A DNA stretch of 64,000 nucleotides from Octopus sinensis (taxonomy: Eukaryota), in NCBI RefSeq assembly GCF_006345805.1, contig NC_043010.1:24180001-24244000 (forward strand), written 5' to 3'. Below, in pieces: positions 12,631 to 23,596 of the stretch. The position numbers were made by a program, and so were the translations under genes. The stretch's first letter is position 1. Every line of letters begins with the position of its first letter. A model generated the notes under the pieces. The model worked only from the letters and a program-made list of their open reading frames with translations. It was not told where the DNA came from and searched no databases.

Positions 12631-13110
12631 GGATAATTACATGATCACTGGGTATTTCTTTGAAGTAACAGACTTCACTCATCGCCCAGTTTAACCCCAC
12701 CTTTGTAAGCATTCGGGTGTGAACTGTTTTTGGAGATCCTGACAATTGTCATGCGAGCTGCCATTTCGTGCCCTGCCTGAGCTATGATGGATATAACAAA
12801 AATGAAAATATAAAAATAAAAGATGGAATCTATGATGGTATATGATTGAGGCTGCGTCTTTCTGCTTTAGATATGAGTCAAAACAACTAAAAAAGACATA
12901 ATAAAAACCGCACGAAATGGTACGATATTACTTCGCATGTTCTGAAATCTGTCATGGACAGGAACAAAGAGCCAACGTGTAAGTTTGCGTTAAACTTGGG
13001 AAGCCTGCTACAGAGACATTGAGCAAGGTTCGGCAAGCTAACGGCGATGAGGCAATTGGTAAGATATTTAATCTATCTGTCATGTCTTAGCGTGGGCAAT
13101 ATTTGCGAGT

Positions 13111-13542
13111 AAGAAGGCGGCGTACTGGCAGGAACGTTAGCACGCCGGGCGAAATGCTTAGCGGTATTTCGTCTGCCGTTACGTTCTGAGTTCAAATTCC
13201 GTCGAGGTTGACTTTACCTTTCATCCTTTCGGGGTCGATTAAATAAGTACCAGTTATGCATTGGGGTCGATGTAATAGACTTAATCCGTGTGTCTCCTTG
13301 TTTGTCGCCTCTATGTTTAGCCCCTTGTGGGCAATAAAGAAATAAGAAACATTAACATGCCGGGCGAAATGCTTAGTGGTATTTCGTCTGTCTTTATGTT
13401 CCGAGTTCAAATTCTGTAGAGGTCGTATTTGCCATTCATTCTTTCGGGGTCGATAAATTAGGTACCAGTTGCGAACTGGGGTTGCTCTTATTGACTGGCC
13501 ACCTCCCCAAAATTTTCGGGCCTTGTGCCTAGGGTAGAAAAG
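13111..13542 (+). mobile_element. tRNA-derived SINE family B, dimer with 13-bp TSD
   Basis: Two head-to-tail units (CGGGCGAAATGCTTAG...GAGTTCAAATTC B box...GTACCAGTT). AATATTTGCGAGT at both 13098-13110 and 13543-13555. Confidence 0.9.
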
Positions 13543-14136
13543 AATATTTGCGAGTTAGCTCGATCAGGTGATTATGTTGGTGGTGTGGTTCCCATCGTCT
13601 TTTCGTCTCCTATTCCAAACTTTCATCAAAATACATAATCGAGGAACCTATCATGTACTATATGCTTCCAATTCTGATAGCATCCGTCTTTGAACGAGAG
13701 CGAGGGAGAGAGAGAAACAGACAGACAGAAATATATAGAGAGAGAGCAAGAAAAGGAGCGACATTCAGTCAATTTGCATTTGACCACGAATCAATATATT
13801 CTAATCGACTTGTCACGTGAGACGCTGCACCTTCTTGTTTATCAAATATTTCTTCCAGATAATGTCTGGCAACAAGTCCATTTCGTGTACCAGAATTTCA
13901 AGACAGGTATAATTTGTGAGGTTATTTTGAAATAGTTTCTAAGTAAATCATTTTACTCTCGACAACGGAGCAAATTGAATAGCCAGCAATCATTTTCCAC
14001 CAACTTGTAAGATTCCATGATTAATATAAAGGCGTTATAGATTTTCGTCAATGTATGTGTTAAGAATGTTCGATGCCAAATATGTTAATAGGTTAACACA
14101 GCTCCACTTGCAAGGAAATACTATTGATATGAGATT

Positions 14137-14172
<36 letters not shown>

Positions 14173-14366
14173 TATTATTATTATTATCATCATCATTATT
14201 ATTATTGCTTGTGTTGTTTTGTTTCCCGTTATTGGTTTCATTATTTTCTGTAACATTGACCGTGTGTACCCATTCGTTACATGTAAACACAGCCATATTG
14301 TTTCATACAGTCTCCTCTATATGAGTGTGCGTGACTGTGTTTGCAGGGACGTGTAGGGTGTGAATG

Positions 14367-14397
<31 letters not shown>

Positions 14398-14504
14398 TGT
14401 GTGTGTGTGCATAATAGAATATTCAAGTAAAGAGATAGATAAAGCGACAGAGAGGGAGATAGAGACAGACACAGAGAGACGCACACACACGCACACATAT
14501 ATAT

Positions 14505-14839
14505 AGGCGTAATTGTGTGATAAAGAATTTACTTCCCAACAATTTCGTATCCGGTTCGATCCTACTGCGTGGTAACTTGGGTAAGTGTTTTCTTCTATAG
14601 CCTAGGGCCAAGCAAAGCCTTGTAAGAGGATTTGGTGGGCGGAAACTGAAAGAAGTCCGTTGTATATAGATATGTGTGTGCGTGTGTGATTTTGTACGCG
14701 CCACTGCTTCACAGCAAAGGATATCGATGGAATAAGCAAGAAAGAAAATAAGTTCAAGGCTCGCTTCATTCGACTCAAAACTCTTCATGACAATGCCTCA
14801 GCATGGCCGCAGTCTAATAAACTGAAACAACTAAAAGAT
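14505..14839 (+). mobile_element. SINE family A, diverged
   Basis: GGTTCGATCC B box, ACTTGGGTAAGTG core, AAAGCCTTGT, tail CAGCATGGCCGCAGTC...CTGAAACAA. Confidence 0.8.
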
Positions 14840-14858
14840 GAACCATACATATACCGAG

Positions 14859-14892
<34 letters not shown>

Positions 14893-14895
<3 letters not shown>

Positions 14896-15066
14896 GGCAC
14901 ATGTCTTAGTGATTTGAGCGTCGAGCTTACTATCGTGAGGTTGTGAGCTCAATTCCCGGACCGGGCTGCGTGTTGTGTTTTTGAAGACACTTTATCTTCA
15001 TCTTGCTCTAGTTCACTCATCTGTTGAAATGAGTTGCGACGTCACTGATGCCAGGCTGTATCAGGC
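14893..15066 (+). mobile_element. tRNA-derived SINE family C, 5' part
   Basis: Head GAAGGCACATGTCTTAGTG...GAGCTCAATTCCCGG and core AAGACACTTTAT...TTGCTCTAGTTCACTCA, shared with copies at 36248, 43645, 49653 and 57538. Confidence 0.7.
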
Positions 15067-15070
15067 TTGT

Positions 15071-15338
15071 GAATATGACTGGAAGAATACCAAATGCCTG
15101 GTGCAGTGCCTGTATAGTGCCACAGTACGAAAGGAGTGAGAGAGGCAAGAGAGTTTATGAATGATAGGAAAGCTTGGAGAGTGTTTGTCGATGGATGAGT
15201 GAATTTTGATGTTGTTCGAAGGGGTACGGAACAAGCATATATGCAGCGGGAGTAAACCAGCATATGCGGTCAGGCCCGGCTGCTGATATTGAGGGTTGCG
15301 TTCTATGCCTTGACCCGAGCATTGAACGGGTCTCGCCT
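15071..15338 (+). mobile_element. RTE-like LINE derivative with a large internal deletion
   Basis: MTGRIPNAWCSACIVPQYE (RT N-terminal 'IP..W..A.IVP.YK' motif) directly followed, in another frame, by GVREAREFMNDRKAWRVFVDG* (RTE-type C-terminus), then a putative 3' UTR. Confidence 0.55.
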
Positions 15339-15339
15339 A

Positions 15340-16310
15340 TTTGCTCTTAAAAACTTAAACACTTCTTAAAAACCTCTGGACCTTCGACCCAACCCCCAAC
15401 CTGACACCTCTACACTTCTTCGTCTGACCGAATTATACGGTCGTTATATTGATGATTGTATCGGTGCAACCTCACTCTCCCACGAGCAACTAGACTCCTT
15501 CATCTATTTTGTCCAATCCTTCCATCCTGAGAGAGAGAGAAAAAGAGAGGGAGAAAGTGGAAGAGAGAGAGAGAAAAAGAAAGAGAGAGAGAGTTCAGCA
15601 AGGACAGGATAATTTTCGTTTACTCCGTCTGATTCGTGCGCGTCACATTTTTGGTAGCAGTATGGAGTCACATGCTCCATCATGTTTGATAGTTGACTAA
15701 TTCTTGTTGCATAGTCATTTTTTTCACATGCCTTCGGGAAACAGAGATCTAAGGACAACAGAATACACCAACAATCCTGCCTGTAAATTCTCCAACACTA
15801 TTTCCGACACTTCCAACGCATTTCTCGACATTTCTCACAGCATATACCACTCCGCTCTCACTACCTCCATCCACTACAAACACACCGACTCATACTCCTA
15901 CCTTAACTTCTCCTACTCCTACCCTATCCACACCAAGCTCTCCATCTCCTACTCCCAATTCCTCCGTCTGTGCAGGCTCTGCAATGACAACGATGATTTT
16001 GAGACTCAGCCACAACACATGGCGCGCCAATTCATCCTTCCTCAACACCCCTCACCACTATCCATACAGCCTTTGCCAAGGTACGTTCCGAGGACTGGAC
16101 TCTGCCTCTACTCTCCCTCCCCGCATCTGCCTCGCCATTGCCCGTTTCCCCTCACCTACCTCACTTCCACCCTGCCCCTCCAACATATCATTCTCTGAGC
16201 CTTCTAGCGAGTCCAGTCAGGCCCACTACCTCGCACATCTTCCCCAACCTACCTCTTCATCTGATACCAACTTCCTCTCTTCACTCCTACCCACCTTCTC
16301 TCTTCATTGA
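15340..16310 (+). mobile_element. Penelope-like element RT fragment, interrupted by a 245-bp insertion
   Basis: LDLRPNPQPDTSTLLRLTEL|YGRYIDDCIG (internal deletion), SFHP|ACKF rejoined across the insertion, FLDIS...TSIHYKHTDSYSYLNF...SYSQFLRLCRLC. Confidence 0.88.
15529..15773 (-). mobile_element. Short (CT)n-tailed retroposon with 5-bp TSD ATCCT
   Basis: ATCCT at 15524-15528 and 15774-15778; removing the insert restores the FHPACKF reading frame. Homologous to 20147-20356. Confidence 0.85.
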
Positions 16311-16639
16311 TACCACCCCATCATAACCCACCTCTACCCCACCCCACAACACACACACACCCCACCCCACACCACAGCACACCACATTCCATACCACACC
16401 ACACCACACCCCACAGCACCACACCACATCACATTAACACTAACCACTTTCCAGCACTCACACCACACACCACAATCCGCACACCCACACACCATCATCC
16501 ACACACCCATACGTTACTGACGCGCACACACACGCGCACATCCACAAACGTCAAAGTCACTAGTCTCAACCCAGACACATACTTACACAGTCACAAACAC
16601 ACACACACGTACGCAAACGCACGTTCGTTTTGATATTAC

Positions 16640-16865
16640 CAATACTTTATTATCTCTCTTTCATTCAACCTCTTCTGTCAAACATTTTTGCTAAATCCAC
16701 AAGTTTTTTTTTTATTCTCTCTCTGTTTATTTTCTCTTATTCCTTTCTGTTGAAGAGCGTAGGTTTGAAACGTAAAACGTTTTTTTCTTTTCCCGAGCGT
16801 CAAACTAATACACCTGATTGTTGTTTATACACCTGTCTTCGTCTTTTGTTTTTCTACAAATATCA
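16640..16865 (+). repeat. Penelope-type terminal repeat with a variant hammerhead motif
   Basis: CTTT-CTGTTGAA-GAGC GTAG GTTT-GAAA-CGTA-AAA (16743-16777). Inverted homologue at 18362-18525. Confidence 0.55.
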
Positions 16866-18192
16866 ACTATATAAATGTGTGTGTGCGTGTGTGTGTGTGC
16901 GTATGTATGTTTATACTTACATATATACTGATATGTGTAAGTATTTCTGTTAGGTTTTGTACATGAGTACAAACGGAATCCACCGCACCCACCTGCATAT
17001 CTACCAACGAAGGGGTGCTGAAAACTTCCTGGCTTTGTATAAAAGAAAATAGAAGAGTATTAGTCAATTATGATTTTATTGAACATATTTCCCTCTCAGA
17101 TTCACACACGTATTGCAACGGTCCTTCAGTTTTTCTAAACTCTGTGAAAGAACTCAAAAATTCGGGCCTCTAACCAGGATTTTCGCATACCCTTAAAGCC
17201 AGGGACTTTTCTGCACCCCTTTGTATATATCTATGTACACATATGTGCGCGTGCATGTGTGCGTGTGCATGTGTTTTGTATGTGTGTGCGTGTGTTTGAG
17301 GGCTACTAGTTGCTAAACAATGAGGTTTATTAGTCGAACTAGCAATTAAAATTTATTGATATATATAGAAATCATTTCATTGGATTCGCAGAGGAACTTA
17401 GCAATAGTGACTTTATAAACAATAAATGATCGTGCTTGAACACTGATGATATCTCATAGTAAGGGTTGAAACTAGCCCGGCTGATCCCTTTCTACTATCA
17501 ATGAAGATAATACATAAAAGAAACACAGACACATAGGCAGACATATATTCATGCATACATATATGCATACATATATGCATACATACATGCATACATACAT
17601 ACATATATTGTTGCCAAAATCTTTAGATTTATTCAACATCATAGCATCATGTCAAGGCACAGTTAATGTAAAAGCAATATATTTATGGAAGAATTAGCGA
17701 CCAATAATTCGTTAATTTATGCAAATCGGTATATTTGACTTACTGAAGCACTTAGTAAAAGTTAGTCTATAAGTAATATTTCAGTCGACAGTCAGCGAAG
17801 GTCCTCTGCCTTTGCACAGCTTATGCATGTACGTATGTACATACGTATGTATGCATATATGTATGTATGCATGTATGTATGCATGTAGTATGCTTGTATG
17901 TATGCATGCATGTATGCATGCATATATGTGTGTATGTATGTGGGTATTTATATATGGTGTTTTGATGGATATGTGGACGGATGTATATCTATCTATATAT
18001 ATATATATAAATAGATGAGTGTATTTTTACCTTGTTAACAATTAACACGGAGAAAATAAATAAATAGTTACCAGGGTAGCAAAAATCTCACAAGTAAAGA
18101 TGTTGTAACTCCTTGTTTATAAAAGTAGAAACTTCGTGTTTACGTTGAATACTTTTTGCTAAAATGTCTTATTGACAAGTTTCGCTTTTTTC

Positions 18193-18278
18193 ACTTTCCT
18201 GAGGAGAAGATTGCATTGTTTATACTATTTATTATTTTGAATAGTATCAGTGGAATTTTCGAAACATGTGTCGAAAGT
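18193..18278 (+). ncRNA. Type I hammerhead ribozyme, canonical core, GUC cleavage site
   Basis: Stem I ACUUUC/GAAAGU, core CUGAGGA, stem II GAAGAUU/AAUUUUC extended by CAUUG/CAGUG and AUACUAUU/AAUAGUAU, GAAA, stem III ACAUGUGU, C17 at 18272. Confidence 0.85.
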
Positions 18279-18322
18279 AAAGATATTTGATTACACCTGC
18301 GTTAAACTCCATTTATTTATTC

Positions 18323-18361
<39 letters not shown>

Positions 18362-18362
<1 letters not shown>

Positions 18363-18525
18363 AGAGTTTACGAAAAAAACAAAACACGAAGAGAGGTGGT
18401 GTGTACAAAAGAAACAGATGTATTAGTATAACGCTCAGGAATAGGAAAAGTCTTTTACGTTTGGAGCCTACGCTCTTGTACAGAAAGGGACACCGAAAAA
18501 ACAAGGAGAGAAACAAGGAGAGGAA
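18362..18525 (-). repeat. Second, degenerate copy of the 16640-16865 repeat
   Basis: Reverse complement TCCCTTTCTGTACAAGAGCGTAGGCTCCAAACGTAAAAGAC...; homology extends about 120 bp. Confidence 0.7.
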
Positions 18526-18526
18526 A

Positions 18527-18800
18527 AACCAGCCGCTCTCAGGACTGCCTCCAAGTATCGATGGTCTACCCTATCGAAAGCTTTCGATTGATCTAAATTG
18601 ATCAGGGCCCCACCCATGCCAGGTTCCTTAACATACTCTGTCCATGATGTAGCGCATCAGATGGAGGTTGTCATGGATACTCCGGCCCGGCACGGCGCAC
18701 GTTTGCGCCTTGTCGACCAGTTTCTCGATGACAAGCGCCAACCTCTTGGCTAACACTTTGGTCAAAATTTTCAGGTCTGCATTGAGCAGAGTGATGGGCA
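18527..18800 (-). pseudogene. L1/Tx1-clade reverse transcriptase fragment
   Basis: PITLLNADLKILTKVLAKRL...AQTCAVPGRSIHDNL...ALINLDQSKAFDRVDHRYL, with a frameshift. Confidence 0.88.
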
Positions 18801-18802
18801 TG

Positions 18803-18871
<69 letters not shown>

Positions 18872-20146
18872 GAAGGTACATATTTTTATATAACATATAT
18901 GTGGAATCTTTGGGGGAGGGGCGATTGTGTCTCGAAGATACAAGCAGTAGCTGTAAACAAACAATAGTTGTAAATGTACTTTGGGAGCCAACCCCCTGAT
19001 TTATTCCACATTCCCCCGATAGTTCATGGATTCGTATGACATCAACACCTTAGTTTTTCTAAACCCTGTAAACGAACTCGAAAGTTTGGACCTCCAACCA
19101 GGCCTTTCGCAAGCCCTTAAAGCCAGGGACTTTTCTGCACCCTCTCGTGTATATCTATGTACACATATGTGCGCGTACGTACGTGTGTGCGTGCGTGTGT
19201 GTTCTGCTTGATTTTGTACCCGCCACTACTTGACAACTGGTGTTGGTGTGTGTGCGTATGTGTGCGTGTATAAATATGCGAGTATTTATTGGAAATGTTG
19301 CTTTAATAATTAAATTGAGAGAAAAATTCACACAAATGCTTCATAGTATGTTTCTTTATTGGCCACACAGCTCTGAACCAGCCGTCAGATCTACGTTGGT
19401 TCATATATTTTCCTGTGAAATTATTAATTTTCTTAATAATTTCAGAGGGGACAAAAGAAGAGAAAAAAAAGTGGGTCGAATTTCGATCAAAAGGTATCGT
19501 GGAAAAAAAAGCCGATCAATTGAGATCGTGTATCACAGAAATATCAATGTAAAAAGGGAAAACAGATTAGGCTTACCCGTGGAAAGAAAAGCCTACTGAA
19601 AAGAGCACGGTAACCTTGGGCAATAATATCATGCAAAAACATTACAGTATGTGACTTTCTTTTTTCCTTTCCTTTTCTGGTTCATAGAATTATGCTGAAG
19701 CTTGCTCCGTCATTCACACATGCCATCCTTGCTACATTTACACATCTTTTTTTGAAACATTCACTAGACAAAACTTCCCTCTCTACTCTCACCTTCCTCT
19801 TCAAGTGATACTTGAAGAAGTTGATGAGAGATTGACCAGTGAGGAAAGTGTTTGTCTCTAGACCTTTCAGTCGCATCCACCCTACATATTATTTTGCCAT
19901 AGACACAAATACGATGGAAATGGCTCTTCCTTCCCGTTTCAAGGAAGGAGGCACAACAATATTGACGATAGACTCGGTTGATAAACCGACTCGGCCCGCA
20001 CGCGATAGTAGTCGTTCGACATTGGCTCACAGGTCGGAAATGGTTGGACACAGTACAAGTTAAGAATTAATCTTCGTCACTGTTAATAAGCAGAATTTTA
20101 TAAAACATAACCCAAAGAAAGAACACACGCAAGTCAAACACAATTC

Positions 20147-20356
20147 TGTTGATGTATTCTGTTGTCCTTAGATCTCTGTATCCCAAAGCCATATGAAGGA
20201 AATGACTATGAGACAAGAATTAGTCAACTATCAAACATGATGGAGCATGTGACTCCATACCGCCACCAAAAATGTGACGCGCACGAATCAGATGGAGTAA
20301 ACGAAAATTATCCTGTCCTTGCTGAACTCTCGCTCTCTCTTTCTCTCTCTCTCTAT
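20147..20356 (+). mobile_element. Second copy of the (CT)n-tailed retroposon
   Basis: About 90% identical by eye to 15529-15773; same 5' start TGTTG(A/G)TGTATTC; CT-rich tail. Confidence 0.8.
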
Positions 20357-20424
20357 TTATCTTTCTTACAAGTTTAATATTTCTAAAAAAATCGAGTGTG
20401 AAATTGAAGCTATCTGCAGGAGAA

Positions 20425-20665
20425 TACATACATACATACATACATACATACATACATACATACATACATGCACATACACACTCACATACATACATACATA
20501 CATACATACATACATACATACATACATACATACATGCATGCATGCATGCATACATACATACATACATACATACATGCATGCATGCATGCATGCATGCATA
20601 CATACATACATACATACATACATACATACATACATACATACATACATACATACATACATACATAC
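20425..20665. repeat. Compound (CATA)n/(CATG)n microsatellite
   Basis: Direct inspection. Confidence 0.95.
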
Positions 20666-20789
20666 CTATATGTGTGTCTCTGTGCGTGCATGTGTCTCTG
20701 TCTGTAAGTCTTCAAACATATTTTTCGAAGAAAATATAGTTCATGTAGTTTCAGACATACAATATCAAAAGACCTTAATGTAATATATG

Positions 20790-20881
<92 letters not shown>

Positions 20882-21243
20882 GCATACGTACACACATATT
20901 CACATAAACTCATTGTCTATTGAGTCACTTATATGCATATGCATATATTGCAGAGTTTTAAAAAAATTGATACTAAACATAGGAAATTTGTAAAATACAT
21001 AAATATTTCAATAAATATATAAAAATATGAAGTTGGTACCATTTTCTTTGTAATTCTAACATTCTTCTAAGTTTTTCAACAAAAAAAAAATGATTCTTTA
21101 TTCGATATATTTGCCCGCAGAAATATTGAAGAAAATTCTTAAACAACGTCGCTATTTGAAATCATAATTTTATTTCCGTTATTAATGTTTACTTACTCTA
21201 TGATTCTTAACGAATCAGTTATATTAAAAAAAATGTCTTGTTG

Positions 21244-21286
<43 letters not shown>

Positions 21287-21289
21287 TAC

Positions 21290-21340
<51 letters not shown>

Positions 21341-21348
21341 CATCATCA

Positions 21349-21386
<38 letters not shown>

Positions 21387-22885
21387 GCTTCATGTTTATC
21401 TGTTGTTGGTGATATTTGATATTTCCACCTCGACTATAATATAATTAATAATGCGTGATTCTGAAGAAGGCAATACGGAAAAGAATCAATAAAGGAAAAC
21501 TGATAATATCAAAGCGTCCAACGTTTTTGTGTGTTTGTTTTTGTGTTGTAGTAGTTATAATGGGCTTGCTTGTTTACAAACAAAATTATTGCTATTCGAG
21601 ATATCTTGTATTACGATATCTTTTGATCTCATATTGCGCATTGTATCGACATATGTGAACACACACATATGAATGGAGAAAAATAATTGTGTACCCATAC
21701 ACCTATAAGTAAATACACAAAGATATATTCCTTACGCACTAGGCTTGAGGGAACTTTTTTAAGACAGACGTCATTAGAGATTCGTGATTTTGTGACTTTC
21801 AAAAGAGTTTATATGTGTAACTTGATTACAATACAGGAATATCTTGTTTAGGCAACAACCGCGGATCGAATAAAAAGGCTTCAACTAATTATCGAACACA
21901 TAGCGCTCCAGAATATATTTAGACTCCCACGTAGTTAAAACGTGTCTCTTCCTGTGAGGTAAACATTTCTCAAGCACACATAAATACCACAATCACTTTG
22001 ATGGGGACAACGTTAAAATTAGCTACAAGTGCATGCATAGCATCACTTAGAAAATAACACATCACACTCTAGCTCACTTACATAATGAAACCCAGTTCAC
22101 CAAATATGTTCAAGTGGAGAGTCATCCATATTTACCTAGGTAAATGACCATGCTTCCTCAATGCAGCGGTGTAGCAAATAATTTCCTTCAATACCGTTAC
22201 CTAATGATTTTACTGAAGTAAATTTACACTGGACGTACAGAAGATACCCCAGAATCAGCGAAACTAGCATATGCATTCACTGAAACTACTGACGTTTGAA
22301 ACTAACAGCAGCCGATTTCCGATCCTGATGGTATGGAGAACAGTGGTTGGCTATTGATCATTGGAGTGACAGGAAAACAAAGAAAAACAGCTGCTGGCAA
22401 GATAGGTGTGAAAAAAGAAAGAGTCTGCTGCGACCATGATGCAAAAGAGAGGAACTACGCTTTAAACCTGCAGTTGGAGACGGTCTGTGATTTCATCACT
22501 AATGCCGACCTCTTAGGTGAGGAAGAGATGCTTTAAGGTTCCAGATTGAATTCTTAACGCATGAGCCTTTCCTCATCAAGGATGCATCTTGTTTACATAT
22601 AATTATTCTCATTAATTCTGCTTCTCCGTCTCATAGAATGATGGAAGCAAAAGCACCCTTAGAATGTGGACCCATGTGGATTCAGCAAAGAACACAGGAT
22701 ATGTACTTCATGGTTACGTGACAAACTCCGTATTCAGGAGCACGCAAATTACTGAATAAAGATCCGATATTGTATTTTACACGGATCTGTCTCACACTCC
22801 AGAATCAGCAAGCTTAGTCTCCTTTGTTATATGCGACTTCACTATAGCCCCTTCTCATCTCCTATTTTGTCGCCCTTTTGAAGTC

Positions 22886-23097
22886 TAGCCAGGCTAATGG
22901 GCCCGGTTTCCCGGGTTCTGTGGCGTATGTGTCCCCCCTACGTGGACGGGACGCCAGTCCATCGCAGCGTTACTCAAGAAACAGGAACAGAGAGTGAGAG
23001 AAAGTTGTGGCGAAAGAGTACAACATGGGTCGCCACCGCGAATCGAAACTGCGATCCTCCGACCGCGAGTTCGCTGCCCTAACCATTGCGCCTCCAC
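22886..23097 (-). mobile_element. tRNA-derived SINE with a V/Meta-type conserved core
   Basis: Head GGCGCAATGGTTAGGGC...GTTTCGATTC; core CTGCGATGGACTGGCGTCCCGTCC...GCCACAGAACCCGGGA, resembling V-SINE/MetaSINE domains (from memory). Confidence 0.7.
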
Positions 23098-23544
23098 TCT
23101 CATCTTCTAGCCTTCTCTAATAGCATTCGTTCGCACTATTACAGAACCAGTACAAAATAGTGCCCCCGAAGCATCCTGTGGAACTCTTCTAGCTTACAAC
23201 TGCCTGCAATTATAAATCAAGCTAACCGGTCCTGTATATGAGGCATACAAATTCTTCTCATTAGCGTTAGAAATAATCAGCAGCATCTCTCTATCACTCT
23301 CTCTTTTTCTCTTTCTATTCCTCTCATCCTCTTTATTTCTCTTTCACTCTCCCCTCCCTTTCTCTTTCTCTCTCACTATATCTCATTATCTCTCACACTC
23401 TCTCTCCCTCTCTAAATATAGTATATACATTTATAAAGCACATACCTATTACACGTATATGTAATGTATACGTCTAAATACATATATATGTATATATAGA
23501 AATGATACACACACACATATTTATACATATATATATATCTTTAC

Positions 23545-23596
23545 TCTTTTACTCTTTTACTTGCTTCAGTCATTTGACTGCGGCCATGCTGGAGCT
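23545..23596 (-). mobile_element. SINE family A 3' fragment
   Basis: TACTCTTTTACTTGCTTCAGTCATTTGACTGCGGCCATGCTGGAGC, joined to the PLE through a shared GAGC. Confidence 0.75.

Noticed and set aside
13859-13906. 48-nt candidate exon (TTCCAG|...CAG|GTATAA)
   Set aside because: Plausible splice sites but no recognisable peptide; such matches arise by chance. RNA-seq would be needed.
17438-17480. CTGATGA...GAAACTAGCC hammerhead-like motif
   Set aside because: U16.1 is lost and stems I and II are mismatched; at most a decayed remnant.
19680-20065. Coding-looking stretch upstream of the CT-tailed repeat
   Set aside because: No motif recognised in any frame; cannot assign.
20220-20913. Long ORFs rich in MYVC, YI and HT (also at 3142, 4456, 27344, 44963, 58999, 60097)
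   Set aside because: Translations of microsatellites that lack stop codons.
21456-21488. TGATT-CTGAAGAAGG...GAAAAG-AATCA hammerhead-like motif
   Set aside because: Stem II 3' strand and stem III/NUH are missing; possibly a deleted remnant, not a supportable ribozyme.
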